From a virus (lineage: Duplodnaviria > Caudoviricetes): a stretch of 64,000 nt of DNA. The stretch's first letter is position 1; each line of letters begins with the position of its first letter. Under the pieces are notes generated by a model. It was not told where the DNA came from, ran no database searches, and saw nothing but the letters and a program-made list of their open reading frames with translations. Both the position numbers and the translations under genes were made by a program. The stretch lies in the IMG/VR virus record IMGVR_UViG_3300014206_000007, positions 155,919 through 219,918 of that record; one strand, written 5' to 3'. Of the stretch, positions 48,536 through 58,899 are shown piece by piece.

Positions 48536-50971
48536 ATGCCTGATAATAATCGATTTACCAGTTCAATTCATTTGTCATCATCAGCATTCTTATCAGAATT
48601 GATGGATATAGGCAAAGGGATTATATGGAAAAATTCTTATTTAGCAAATAAATATGAAGATCCAAATTATAGAATTCAAACTGAAATGTTTATGTCTGCA
48701 TCAAAAAATCTATTACCATTTGAGATAATACATCAATTTGACTATGCAACATTAATTACTGCAGGTTTATCTCCAACTGCGGCTACAGCAGCAATGGATG
48801 ATAAATATACAATTCCTTTATCATTAAGGGATACATGTGCAAATTTATATCGAAAAAGTTTATTGGATAAAAATTCAATAACTGGAAGATACATTAATTA
48901 TGATGAGCACAATAATTATTATCGACAGTTAATGGGACTTCCCGATATTGAAGATACTGATTTTATTTATATCATCAATAACTTGGATATAGATCAAAAT
49001 ACTCCATTACATTTATTACCATTAACCGATAGATATAATTTAGAGCAATCTGGATACTTAGATACTTTATTAGCTCAGTATCCTACAAAGAAATATATAA
49101 GACATTTAGCATCTAAATCAATAGATCCATATATTGCTAGATTGGCTGAGAAATTTAGTATATTATATATAACTCCTTCTGATTCTGATACATTAGATGA
49201 AGATTTTAAAGATGCATATGATAATTGTAGGTACACTATAATTAGAGTATATTATAATGCAGTATTTAAAAAAGATAATGAATTATATGATAACTTTTTG
49301 GCTATGTGTATTTTATTTATGACTATGCAATATATGTTTTATAAATACTTAGATGTCGATATTACAAGAGACTTTTATGATTTAGAATCTATTAAATATA
49401 TTTATGATAGTTATGGTGTTCCGTTCTATAGTTCTATACCACTAAACTACCATCAAAACATTATAAAAAATATAAATAGATTAATATCGTATAAAGGAAG
49501 TACTAGAGTATTCTTTGACTTATTCGATATCTTCAATTATAGTGGTGCTGATATATATGAATATTATATTATGAAAACTCATAGATTTGATCATAATGGG
49601 AATCCAATATTTGTATATAATCAAGATGGCTCACTAAATAAGCGTGAAATGTTTGATATAAAATTTGGTAAAGTTAAACTTTATAACGACCCACCATTAG
49701 AATTATCAAATACTGCAAACCATTTAACATACGAGGAGTTAACAGCACATGATCCATATTGGACATCTGATTCTGCATTATTAGATAAATTATATAATGA
49801 AGAGTATAACTTTCTCGAAACTAAGTATCTTGGCATCCAGACAATATTTAATATGATGAATATTGTCAATGAAGCTGCATATTTTATTCAAACTATAATA
49901 TCAAATAAAGTTGGATTAAAACTTACTACTTTATATTATAGTAATATTAACAGCAATATCAATATATTTGACATGCTAATTTATTTATCAGCATTAATAT
50001 GTAAAAAGTATGGATATGCTGGAAATATAGCATCGGAATTTCCAAGTGTTGCAAGAATTTTAGGATTTAATTTCAAGGATTTAGCAACTATCATTCAGAA
50101 TAATATTCGTCAGAATCCAATATTGAATGGTGATTCAGTTTTAAATACTCTATTATTAAATATGAATGTTAATAGCATTGCTTCAGTTAATTCAACATTT
50201 AAAACTATTACTACACTAAAACGACATTTAACTGAAAAAATAACCTCAGCTACATCTAGAGAAGAATATTTTGCATATTATAATCTAGAAAAAGTTATAT
50301 TATATAAAAATCTTTCTGATACTGCATATAAGAAATCAGATAATACTACAGCAGATTCATTTAAAGATTTATTAAATGATATAAATCCTGCATTATATAT
50401 CAGATTTTTATCAGTAGATTTAGATGTTGATGAAGAGATTGATACAATATTAATTTTATTTAAAAAAGCATGTAACGAATTAAAATATTTTGAATCAGCC
50501 GATGGTATTGATATAAGTAATGTAGTTCAATATCTGATCACTGTGCTAGACTTTTTTAAGAGTGCCAAATCAGAATTAACTGGATATAGTATTACATATA
50601 TAATATCAGCTAAAGGCATGAATAATATTAAATTTTTCTCTGAAATCGATTATCTAACCGAAAATATTTTGAATAAAGATGAAATTCATCGTTTAATCGA
50701 TAATATTGATAGAGTTACTGAAATAAATCGATTAAATAATGAGAATATTAATTTAACTGATGGTGTAGAATCCGTTTCCGAACCAAAAATACAAACTGAG
50801 ACTATTATGCCATTAAATGATAGCTTAAATAATACACTAAATGAAATAAAAATAAAAGATGACAGTGAATATTTATTTGATGTAATTAAAACTTCTATCG
50901 AAAACAATAGGCGTAATGAGGTTATGCAACTTAGTGATAAGTTAATATTATTAAGTGAGCAATTAGTATAA
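48536..50971 (+). CDS. Baseplate/virion structural protein
   Basis: 811 aa; EHNNYYRQLMGLP and SYGVP..KNINRLISYKGSTRVF resemble jumbo-phage baseplate wedge (gp7-like) proteins. Confidence 0.6.
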   Translation: MPDNNRFTSSIHLSSSAFLSELMDIGKGIIWKNSYLANKYEDPNYRIQTEMFMSASKNLLPFEIIHQFDYATLITAGLSPTAATAAMDDKYTIPLSLRDTCANLYRKSLLDKNSITGRYINYDEHNNYYRQLMGLPDIEDTDFIYIINNLDIDQNTPLHLLPLTDRYNLEQSGYLDTLLAQYPTKKYIRHLASKSIDPYIARLAEKFSILYITPSDSDTLDEDFKDAYDNCRYTIIRVYYNAVFKKDNELYDNFLAMCILFMTMQYMFYKYLDVDITRDFYDLESIKYIYDSYGVPFYSSIPLNYHQNIIKNINRLISYKGSTRVFFDLFDIFNYSGADIYEYYIMKTHRFDHNGNPIFVYNQDGSLNKREMFDIKFGKVKLYNDPPLELSNTANHLTYEELTAHDPYWTSDSALLDKLYNEEYNFLETKYLGIQTIFNMMNIVNEAAYFIQTIISNKVGLKLTTLYYSNINSNINIFDMLIYLSALICKKYGYAGNIASEFPSVARILGFNFKDLATIIQNNIRQNPILNGDSVLNTLLLNMNVNSIASVNSTFKTITTLKRHLTEKITSATSREEYFAYYNLEKVILYKNLSDTAYKKSDNTTADSFKDLLNDINPALYIRFLSVDLDVDEEIDTILILFKKACNELKYFESADGIDISNVVQYLITVLDFFKSAKSELTGYSITYIISAKGMNNIKFFSEIDYLTENILNKDEIHRLIDNIDRVTEINRLNNENINLTDGVESVSEPKIQTETIMPLNDSLNNTLNEIKIKDDSEYLFDVIKTSIENNRRNEVMQLSDKLILLSEQLV

Positions 50972-50998
50972 AATAATAATTTTATGGAGGTAAAAATA

Positions 50999-51898
50999 AT
51001 GGAAGAAATGAAAATATTAAAAGATAGATTAAACTTGACATCTAAAGATCAGATAATCTTGAGAGATGGACTAAGTCTTAATAAGATATTAACACCAAGA
51101 GAGCAAGAGCTTTCTGCAAAATCAGAATCATTAATCAAAGGGGTTTTATATGAGGTAAATGATGATGGTTATGGTAATGAAGTATTAAAAAGAATAAATT
51201 CAAATACAGTAGTATTTGCAGGAGCAGTACTAGCATTAGAACATTTAGCCGATGTCACAGCTTCATTCAAACCCGCCACATTAAATGAAATTTATAGTGT
51301 AAATTCAGCAACACCTGGAAATAATGCACAATCATTTATAAAATTATTTGGTGTAGGAACAGGAGGAGCGGCATTAGATTTTGGTAATGTTAATGACCCT
51401 TCAGTAAAACAAAGAGAAGTGTTAAATTTTATACCACTACGTTCAGGCGCTAGTATTGTTGGAACTACAGATTTAACAAAGTATTTTTTTAAGAAATTGG
51501 CAGTTTCCGGTACTGAATATAACTGGTATTTAAAAGAATTTGATTCAGCACCAACTATTAAAACTTTATGGAAAGATGCCGCTGAGCAAGATGCTGATGG
51601 TACTGAGATTGTAACAGAAATCTACAACTCGCCACGTACCGAAGGAATAGAATCTTTCGCAGAATTTAGAATTAAATTTAATTCATATGATGTAAGAGAA
51701 TATTTTGAATACATTGGTGAATTAGATATGGCACGATATAATTCCATTGGATTATTTACTGGACAGAAAGTAGATGTTGGTGGTGGAGTTATGGAATATG
51801 TAAACGTTAGACTCTTCTCAGTTGTCAATTTTGAAAATAGCTCTGTTAGAGAAAGAAAAGAATCGACATATGTATATAGAGTTTATTCACTAGTATAA
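50999..51898 (+). CDS. Virion structural protein (baseplate/tail-fibre attachment-like)
   Basis: NTVVFAG, LFGVGTGG, NSIGLFTG, YVYRVY C-terminus. Confidence 0.55.
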   Translation: MEEMKILKDRLNLTSKDQIILRDGLSLNKILTPREQELSAKSESLIKGVLYEVNDDGYGNEVLKRINSNTVVFAGAVLALEHLADVTASFKPATLNEIYSVNSATPGNNAQSFIKLFGVGTGGAALDFGNVNDPSVKQREVLNFIPLRSGASIVGTTDLTKYFFKKLAVSGTEYNWYLKEFDSAPTIKTLWKDAAEQDADGTEIVTEIYNSPRTEGIESFAEFRIKFNSYDVREYFEYIGELDMARYNSIGLFTGQKVDVGGGVMEYVNVRLFSVVNFENSSVRERKESTYVYRVYSLV

Positions 51899-51903
51899 TT
51901 ATA

Positions 51904-51930
51904 ATAAGGAATACAATTGTATTCCTTATT
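51904..51930 (+). terminator. Intrinsic terminator
   Basis: ATAAGGAATAC/GTATTCCTTAT plus long T-run. Confidence 0.75.
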
Positions 51931-52000
51931 TTTTTATTTTTTTTCATGAACGTTACTATAATACTAGAAATAAGAAGATTTGAATAAAGGAGATGATTAA

Positions 52001-53233
52001 ATGGCTGCAGGAATGTTAAGCGAAGATTTGAAAAAAGAGCTATTGTCATTAAAAAAAGAAAATTTAACTGTATCGTTTATTACGAAAAACTTCGGAAATA
52101 CAACTAAGATGGAAAAAGGAAAATTTGTTGTAACTCCGCCTAAATTTGATACACAATTAAATGTAAATTTAGCCGCAGGCGAATTTATTAATAAAGAAGC
52201 GGTAACTACAACTGTAGGTATAATTTTATTTAATAAATTATTAATTGAAGGAAAGATTGATAATATAATCCCAAATGGTTTTTATAACAAGGTTATGACA
52301 AAAAAACAATTTGGAGAAATTATGTCATATATTTCTTCTGCTCTTAATAAGAAAACTATAAAAATAAATCCGACAGTTATTGATTTTCTAAAAGCGTATG
52401 AATTTTATGGACTTAAATTAGTTGCCATATTTTCACCAAGTTATACTATGGGTATAATGAAACCAAATAAAGAAATAATAGCAGAACGAGAAAAATTAGT
52501 TAAAGAAAGTAAGCTAGAAACTGTCCAAGACATGAGTCATTTGGAAGATAAACTTGTAAGTAAAGCTAGAGAAATATTGAAAAATGATCCAGGTATGACA
52601 CTATTTGATTCAGGGTCACGTGGTTCATTTGATAATGATTATAAAACTATGTCAGTTGCAGTTGGACCAGTAGAAAATGTAGTTACTGGTAAATTTGATT
52701 TTGTAAAATCTAACTATATAGATGGATTACAAAAAGAAGATTTAGTTGCGGCAGGAAATATAGTTGTAACATCAGAATATCCAAAAGCAGTTGGTACACA
52801 AGTTGGCGGATACTTAACTAAACAATTTTATGCAGTATACCAATCAATTATAGTCGATAGTGCTGGAACTGATTGTGGTACTACTAAATGTATAAAAGTA
52901 TTTATAACCCCAGCAAATTCCCATTTATTCTTATATCAATATATTAGAACTGAAAATGGAAAATTAATCTTATTAACTGAAGATAATATCAATAATTATA
53001 TTAATAAAACGGTGAATTTACGTTCACCAATGTATTGTACTACAGATAAAATATGCAGTAAGTGCGCGGGGGAAAGATTTGGAAATATGGATATTGAAAA
53101 TATTGGTTTAACTACTGGTAAAATATCAAATAACCTGATGAATAAGCGTATGAAGAAAAGACATAATATGAAGGTTAAATTAGATAATGTTAATGTGGAT
53201 ACATTATTAATAAAAAATCTAAATAGGGGGTAA
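52001..53233 (+). CDS. rpoC: Phage RNA polymerase beta'-like subunit, C-terminal part
   Basis: TTVG..LFN, SGSRGS, YIDGL, GYLTKQF (bridge helix), DCGT, RSPMYC, ICSKCAG, NIGL. Confidence 0.88.
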   Translation: MAAGMLSEDLKKELLSLKKENLTVSFITKNFGNTTKMEKGKFVVTPPKFDTQLNVNLAAGEFINKEAVTTTVGIILFNKLLIEGKIDNIIPNGFYNKVMTKKQFGEIMSYISSALNKKTIKINPTVIDFLKAYEFYGLKLVAIFSPSYTMGIMKPNKEIIAEREKLVKESKLETVQDMSHLEDKLVSKAREILKNDPGMTLFDSGSRGSFDNDYKTMSVAVGPVENVVTGKFDFVKSNYIDGLQKEDLVAAGNIVVTSEYPKAVGTQVGGYLTKQFYAVYQSIIVDSAGTDCGTTKCIKVFITPANSHLFLYQYIRTENGKLILLTEDNINNYINKTVNLRSPMYCTTDKICSKCAGERFGNMDIENIGLTTGKISNNLMNKRMKKRHNMKVKLDNVNVDTLLIKNLNRG

Positions 53234-53238
53234 GGTCT

Positions 53239-53547
53239 ATGAACCTACCAGGGAATAAATCTTCTATTACTGAACTCGAAAATCGAACTATTAAAGAAGC
53301 AGAATTGTATGTAATGGACCCAGACATAACAATGTTAGCGGTAGCAAAGTTTTTTAAATTATCTCAAACATGCATACATCATGACTTCCACACTAGACTT
53401 AAAGATCTTAATCTTGAACTTTATAAAAAAGTATTAGAAAAGATTAAGCTAGTTAACAAACTTAAGACAATTAAAGGCGGCGAATCAGCAAGAGTATATT
53501 TTGCTAATCGTAGACAAATTTTAATATCTATGAAAAATAAAAAGTAA
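53239..53547 (+). CDS. spoIIID: SpoIIID-like sporulation transcription regulator
   Basis: ENRTIK..TMLAVAKFFKLSQTCIHHDFHTRLKDLN.EL.KKV..I....K..KGGES aligns with SpoIIID TVRxIAKEFGVSKSTVHKDLTERL..IN..L..EV..RGGEAT. Confidence 0.8.
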   Translation: MNLPGNKSSITELENRTIKEAELYVMDPDITMLAVAKFFKLSQTCIHHDFHTRLKDLNLELYKKVLEKIKLVNKLKTIKGGESARVYFANRRQILISMKNKK

Positions 53548-53582
53548 TATATAACCCAAAGGAGACTTAAAATCCTTTGGGT

Positions 53583-53592
53583 TATATATTAT
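53583..53592 (+). promoter_or_regulatory. Early-type promoter TATATATTAT overlapping terminator arm
   Basis: Motif lies in 3' arm of hairpin 53547-53589. Confidence 0.55.
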
Positions 53593-53646
53593 TATAATGA
53601 GATGAAAAAAATATTAACATAAAAATATAAAAGGAGGATATAAAAA

Positions 53647-54288
53647 ATGAAACTATCTTTTGACACGGAGTTTACGGGACTCCATTCAGGCACAACTTTA
53701 ATAAGTATAGGTATTGTAACTGAGAGAGGGGATATATTTTATGGAGAGTTAACTGACTATGATGCCGCACAACTCAATGATTGGTTAAATGAAAATGTAA
53801 TTAATAATCTATTGGCTGATACTCTTAGTAAAAGACATACCCTCACTGCATATCTTAAGCATTACGCTAAAGAAAATAATCTTATTGTTGGGTTAGCGCA
53901 TGGTGATAAAAAAGAAGTAAAGAGGTTATTAACAAAATGGTTATCTCGCTTAGATGCTGATAAAATTGAATGGGTATCAGATGTATCCCATTATGATTTT
54001 ATGCTATTAATTGATTTATTATATGATAATGCATTAAATATTCCAGATAATCATTCTAAGTGCTGTCATGATGTGAATCAAGATTTGGGTAATTTCTGTA
54101 TAAAAGCTAATAATGATATGGAAGCATTTGACTTATCTAGAGAAACAATGGTTGGTGAAGATTATATTAAATTAGTAAGTAATATAATTGGAACTGGTAA
54201 TAAGCATAATGCATTATTTGATGCATTTATAATAAAAAGGTTATATGAAATATGGTCATTAGACCCCGAAAATGCAGTAAGATATTAA
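53647..54288 (+). CDS. DEDDh 3'-5' exoribonuclease (Rv2179c-like)
   Basis: SFDTEFTGL..LISIGIV, YDF, HNALFDA. Confidence 0.85.
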   Translation: MKLSFDTEFTGLHSGTTLISIGIVTERGDIFYGELTDYDAAQLNDWLNENVINNLLADTLSKRHTLTAYLKHYAKENNLIVGLAHGDKKEVKRLLTKWLSRLDADKIEWVSDVSHYDFMLLIDLLYDNALNIPDNHSKCCHDVNQDLGNFCIKANNDMEAFDLSRETMVGEDYIKLVSNIIGTGNKHNALFDAFIIKRLYEIWSLDPENAVRY

Positions 54289-54309
54289 TTCTTTGAAAGG
54301 GGAACTTAA

Positions 54310-55764
54310 ATGTTTGGATCAAAAATTGAAAATGTAATGGTGGAGAAGCTAAATTTAAATTTAGAATGTTATTTAGACTTCTTAAATGGAAAAGGGATTA
54401 AGATTGATTCAGTTGAGTCATATGACAAGAATAATGATAAAATTCTTCATGGACTTCAGTCTGAATTTTTCGGAACTGATTTTGGAGATGATTATGCGTT
54501 CCAAGAAAGATATTCATGTAAATGTAAAAAGTACATTGGCAAGATGTATGAAGGAGAAATATGTGATGTTTGTGGCACATCAGTAGAATATAGTGATACT
54601 GATTTAACTAAAACTGGCTGGATAATACTCAGTTCATTCTCTGTTATCTCTCCAATATACTATGCTAAATTAACTGATGCATTAGGTTCCTCTGGTGGAG
54701 AAAAAGTGCTAGGGAAAATTATTAACGTTGAAGTGTTAGATGAAGAATCTGTTGAATGTATGGAAAAATTCAACATGGAGAAAAAGAAGCATCCTTTTAT
54801 TAATAAAGGGACTATATGGTTAAAAGAACATCTATGGGAAGTTCTTGATTATTATGAGAAAAAGAAACCCAGTAAAGTTAAATTATTTAAAGAATTAAAG
54901 GAAGATATTGGATTGATATTTACTTCATGCATTCCAGTATATTCATCATTATTAAGAACTGAATTACCAGGAATAACTGGACATAAATTATATAAACTTA
55001 AAATTAATACTAGCTATCAATCAGTTATCAGAATTGCAAACTTTGTAAATAGTATATCGGATTATAGTCCAGAGATGCTAATGAGTATTGATATTCAATT
55101 AGCAGCAATCCAAAAAGAATTAACAGATATATTCACTGAAGTTTATAAAGAGTTAACTGGTAAAAAAGGTATAATACTATCTAAGGTTATGGGTGGAAGA
55201 TACAATTTTGCAGCAAGAAATATTATTGTATCTAGTTCAGGAAGACTAAGGGCTGATGAAATTGAAGTCGGGTATGTTGTATTTATGGAATTATTTAGAT
55301 ATGAGATAATCAATTTTTATTCCAAGATTCAAAATTGCACTATAGTTGAAGCATCTAATGTGTGGAAGAAAGGTCTAACTCATTTTAATCCGACACTATA
55401 TAATATAATGCAACATATGACAACTGATAAAAAATGCTCAAAATATCTTAATGTTATCATAAATAGAAATCCGTCAATTGACTATGGCTCATTTATGTTT
55501 ATGAGAATAGTAAAAGTTAAACCGAACATTGATGATAAAACTTTAACTATTCCAAGTAACTGCTTAAAACCAATGAATGCAGACTTTGATGGCGACATTT
55601 TGAATATATTTAGAATATTTGGATCTCATTTTGCAAAGGAATTTTCAAAGAATATGAATCCAAGATATAATCTTTATATAGATAAAATGAATGGTAGAGT
55701 TAATCCTGATACCATGCCAATTAAGGATGAAGTCATTGCATTTTACACGTTTAATAATATTTAA
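54310..55764 (+). CDS. rpoC: Phage RNA polymerase beta'-like subunit, N-terminal catalytic part (probably non-virion RNAP)
   Basis: Zn finger CKC..CDVC, GKKG..GGR.NFAARNII, INRNPSI, MNADFDGD. Confidence 0.92.
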   Translation: MFGSKIENVMVEKLNLNLECYLDFLNGKGIKIDSVESYDKNNDKILHGLQSEFFGTDFGDDYAFQERYSCKCKKYIGKMYEGEICDVCGTSVEYSDTDLTKTGWIILSSFSVISPIYYAKLTDALGSSGGEKVLGKIINVEVLDEESVECMEKFNMEKKKHPFINKGTIWLKEHLWEVLDYYEKKKPSKVKLFKELKEDIGLIFTSCIPVYSSLLRTELPGITGHKLYKLKINTSYQSVIRIANFVNSISDYSPEMLMSIDIQLAAIQKELTDIFTEVYKELTGKKGIILSKVMGGRYNFAARNIIVSSSGRLRADEIEVGYVVFMELFRYEIINFYSKIQNCTIVEASNVWKKGLTHFNPTLYNIMQHMTTDKKCSKYLNVIINRNPSIDYGSFMFMRIVKVKPNIDDKTLTIPSNCLKPMNADFDGDILNIFRIFGSHFAKEFSKNMNPRYNLYIDKMNGRVNPDTMPIKDEVIAFYTFNNI

Positions 55765-55798
55765 AAATATAGCATGGATATCCTTCCATGCTATATTT
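55765..55798 (+). terminator. Intrinsic terminator
   Basis: 14-bp stem plus T-run. Confidence 0.75.
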
Positions 55799-55837
55799 AT
55801 TTTTTATCAAAATTTTGGTTTGGGAGATGAAAAATAA

Positions 55838-56014
55838 ATGATAAAATTAATACATTCCCTCATTGTAAAATATTTACTTTCGTGTGGTGGAGCTTTTCAT
55901 CATAACGAATATGGCGAAAATGGTAGATATATCGTAATTATGAACGAAGAGGAATATCACAAATTTCAAGAATCTAAATATTGTAATAAATGTAATAAGT
56001 GCTGCTTCAAATAA
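55838..56014 (+). CDS. Small hypothetical protein (58 aa)
   Basis: GGGAG RBS; CGGAFHH..CNKCNKCC. Confidence 0.5.
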   Translation: MIKLIHSLIVKYLLSCGGAFHHNEYGENGRYIVIMNEEEYHKFQESKYCNKCNKCCFK

Positions 56015-56046
56015 AAATTCTTAGCCGTATATTAATTGAATAGGCG

Positions 56047-56056
56047 TATATATTAT
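56047..56056 (+). promoter_or_regulatory. Early-type promoter TATATATTAT
   Basis: Exact motif; also at 63946-63955. Confidence 0.6.
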
Positions 56057-56084
56057 TTATATACAAATAAATGGAGGTGTCAAT

Positions 56085-56207
56085 ATGGAAGTTTTAATAT
56101 TAGCATTAATGGTTTATGTAATTGGATATCTTGCAATGCAGAAAATTTGCGAAGCATTTGCATGGGCATTTAGAACTATTAGAGATATTATAAAAATAAA
56201 CTTATAA
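56085..56207 (+). CDS. Small membrane peptide (40 aa)
   Basis: GGAGGTG RBS; hydrophobic N-half. Confidence 0.55.
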   Translation: MEVLILALMVYVIGYLAMQKICEAFAWAFRTIRDIIKINL

Positions 56208-56285
56208 AATATATAAAACACCTTTAGATAAAGAGAACTTAATATACAAAAGAAAAATATTTTTAATTATATTTAGGAGGTTAAT

Positions 56286-56726
56286 ATGGGACTAATTAAA
56301 AAGTTTAAAAAATCGATATATGATTATATCGATAATCGTGTAGATAAGACACGAGAATATTTTGTTGAAGAAATTAACGAATTGAAATATCAAAATGCTC
56401 TATTAAGAGAAGAAATGGCACTTCTGAATTCAAAGGAAGAGTGCCGTATTAAGCTTATTAAGGACAAATTATTATTTTTTGCAAAAGATAATGATGGTAT
56501 GGCTAAAAGTATAGTATTACAGCTTCAAAATTCATATATTACACCTAGAGGAAACTATAAAATTGAAAAGTATGAAAAGAGTAAAACTATACCAAACAGC
56601 CACGAATTAATTATCACGTTTCACACTAAAAGTAATCTATTTGCAGCATTATATTTAATTGCAGACGATTGCCTAATTCCTGTTGAATCTGCAAAAGTAT
56701 GGAGAACGATAAACTATTGCTTATAA
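56286..56726 (+). CDS. Hypothetical protein (tandem paralog A)
   Basis: MGLIKK..IYDYID..KLLFF..LQL.NSY..EKYEK shared with next gene. Confidence 0.75.
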   Translation: MGLIKKFKKSIYDYIDNRVDKTREYFVEEINELKYQNALLREEMALLNSKEECRIKLIKDKLLFFAKDNDGMAKSIVLQLQNSYITPRGNYKIEKYEKSKTIPNSHELIITFHTKSNLFAALYLIADDCLIPVESAKVWRTINYCL

Positions 56727-56753
56727 TGAATTAATCAATGGAGGAAGAATAAT

Positions 56754-57215
56754 ATGGGATTAATTAAAAAAATAACCAAACCAATATACGATTATATCGA
56801 TAAAGCAATAATTAATATACAAGATTACGTTAATAGTGAATCGTTAGATGTTGAAAAAGAACTTACTGAGATGCGACATGAAAATGCAATAATGAAAGAA
56901 GAAATTCTATTTATGACTTCTAAAGATGAATATAGACTTAAATTTATTTATGGAAAACTATTATTTTTTACTAGGGATAGTAAAAATAATATTAAAAAAA
57001 TATCTCTTCAACTTCCTAATTCATACTTTTCAAATAAAATGGATTATCAAGTTGAAAAATATGAAAAGAATGAACTTATGCCAAATACATATGCTTTAAT
57101 CATTTCATTTAAAAGTGGAGTTTATTATGAGCGTCAGGCAATGTTTTGGATAGATGAAGATTGTAATGATGATATAGAAGCTTCAATTGATCCTATTAAA
57201 TTATGGGTAAGCTAA
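56754..57215 (+). CDS. Hypothetical protein (tandem paralog B)
   Basis: Shares motifs with previous gene. Confidence 0.75.
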   Translation: MGLIKKITKPIYDYIDKAIINIQDYVNSESLDVEKELTEMRHENAIMKEEILFMTSKDEYRLKFIYGKLLFFTRDSKNNIKKISLQLPNSYFSNKMDYQVEKYEKNELMPNTYALIISFKSGVYYERQAMFWIDEDCNDDIEASIDPIKLWVS

Positions 57216-57246
57216 TATTAAAAATAAAAGGGAGGAATAATATTAT

Positions 57247-57876
57247 ATGAAAACTCAAATGTATACACCAGATCATGGTTATGTTAAAACGAATGCAGTA
57301 TCAATATTTTTAGGAGGACCTATTAACGGTGCACTTGAATGGAGAGATAAATTCATGACTCACTTTCAGGAAAAATATTCAGAATTTGATGAAAGAATTG
57401 CATTTCTTAATCCACAACGCAAAGAAGCTTTTAAAAAGAGTACTGACATTAATCAGAATGAATATCAATGGCAAGTTGTATGGGAAGCTTATCATTTAAA
57501 CTCCGCGGATATCATTCTATTTATTATACCAGAAAAAGAATTCGAGATTGAGAATTATGCAAGAACTACACGCTTTGAACTTGGTGAATGGATGGCTAAA
57601 AATAATATACTTAGCACCCATCCAAATATTCAAGATAGTGATTTAAATTTTCCACATATTCTTATATGTATCGATGATTCATTTGCTGGCAAAAGATATA
57701 TAAATAACAAAGTAGATTCATCACAATTGAATAGCAAAATACAGTCTTTTGAATCATTATCACAATTAGAAAGTAGACTATTCGGAATAGTTCAACAAAT
57801 TTCTAGACAAAAACATGCTGGCACATTAAATATTCCAAATAATAATCTTTCGGATTTTATAGGGAAGTCAAATTAA
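57247..57876 (+). CDS. Nucleoside 2-deoxyribosyltransferase-like protein
   Basis: SIFLGGPI..WR..FLNPQR..QVVWE..ADIILF..TRFELG. Confidence 0.75.
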   Translation: MKTQMYTPDHGYVKTNAVSIFLGGPINGALEWRDKFMTHFQEKYSEFDERIAFLNPQRKEAFKKSTDINQNEYQWQVVWEAYHLNSADIILFIIPEKEFEIENYARTTRFELGEWMAKNNILSTHPNIQDSDLNFPHILICIDDSFAGKRYINNKVDSSQLNSKIQSFESLSQLESRLFGIVQQISRQKHAGTLNIPNNNLSDFIGKSN

Positions 57877-57881
57877 TAAAG

Positions 57882-57921
57882 GTTAAGGATAGAGGATAAT
57901 TTAATTATCCTCTATCCTTAA
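57882..57921 (+). terminator. Terminator hairpin
   Basis: TTAAGGATAGAGGATAAT/ATTATCCTCTATCCTTAA. Confidence 0.7.
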
Positions 57922-58006
57922 TAAATTTCGCATTTTATATTTTTTGTAAATTATAATTACTCAGTGAAAAAAATTATAACTATATTAAAAAAGGAGTTAT
58001 AAAATT

Positions 58007-58627
58007 ATGAGTAAAATATGGTTTACAGCAGATACACATTTTAGTTCAGAAAGAACATTTGAACTTTCAAAACGTCCATTCATGTCAGTAAATACAATGG
58101 ATAAAGTTTTAATAAAACGCTGGAATGAGAGAATCGCTCCAGAAGATACAGTATTTCATCTAGGAGATTTTGGCGAATATAAAATCGCAAACGCATTAAA
58201 TGGAAATATTCGATTAGTATTTGGTAATTATGAGTGGGCAGATTATAATAATTCAAATAATATAAGCATAAGTTCCGCTTTACAATCTACCGAAAAAATG
58301 AAACTATACTATGAAAATATCGTCATTGATGAGAACTCTAATGAAGATCGAATTGAAAAAATGCTTTTTGACATTATTTCAAGTCAAGTTAAATCTACTA
58401 AGATTAAAAAGATTATATTATCACATGAGCCAAAAATATATTCAGAGCCATTAAAAGACAGTGGAGTATTAAATCTATTTGGTCATATCCATGGTCGTCA
58501 ACTTATAAAACTATATGGTATGGATGTTGGTGTAGATGGTCATCATTTTAATCCTATAAGTGTGGATGATGTATGCTTCTATATTAATGCATTATTGGAG
58601 CATTATGATGAATATGTATTTAACTAA
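58007..58627 (+). CDS. Calcineurin-like metallophosphoesterase
   Basis: FTADTH, HLGDF, GNYE, SHEP, GHIH. Confidence 0.88.
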   Translation: MSKIWFTADTHFSSERTFELSKRPFMSVNTMDKVLIKRWNERIAPEDTVFHLGDFGEYKIANALNGNIRLVFGNYEWADYNNSNNISISSALQSTEKMKLYYENIVIDENSNEDRIEKMLFDIISSQVKSTKIKKIILSHEPKIYSEPLKDSGVLNLFGHIHGRQLIKLYGMDVGVDGHHFNPISVDDVCFYINALLEHYDEYVFN

Positions 58628-58643
58628 ATAAGGAGAAAATTAA

Positions 58644-58871
58644 ATGAATACACTAAAGATAATATTATTAATTATAATTATTGCAGTACCAATGATAATG
58701 TTAATTTATTCATTATCGTTATTAGCTGCAAGTACAAAGATGTATAAAAGTCAAGTTCTATTTACTAGAAGAATACTTAAATTATTGAATATTGATGATA
58801 GTATATATGATGAACTTGAAAAATATAATTCAGTTGATTTAAATGGAATTTCAAAAATAAGTTGGTATTAA
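58644..58871 (+). CDS. Membrane-anchored hypothetical protein
   Basis: N-terminal TM; AAGGAG RBS. Confidence 0.6.
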   Translation: MNTLKIILLIIIIAVPMIMLIYSLSLLAASTKMYKSQVLFTRRILKLLNIDDSIYDELEKYNSVDLNGISKISWY

Positions 58872-58899
58872 AAGTAACATATAAAAGGGAGGACAATTA

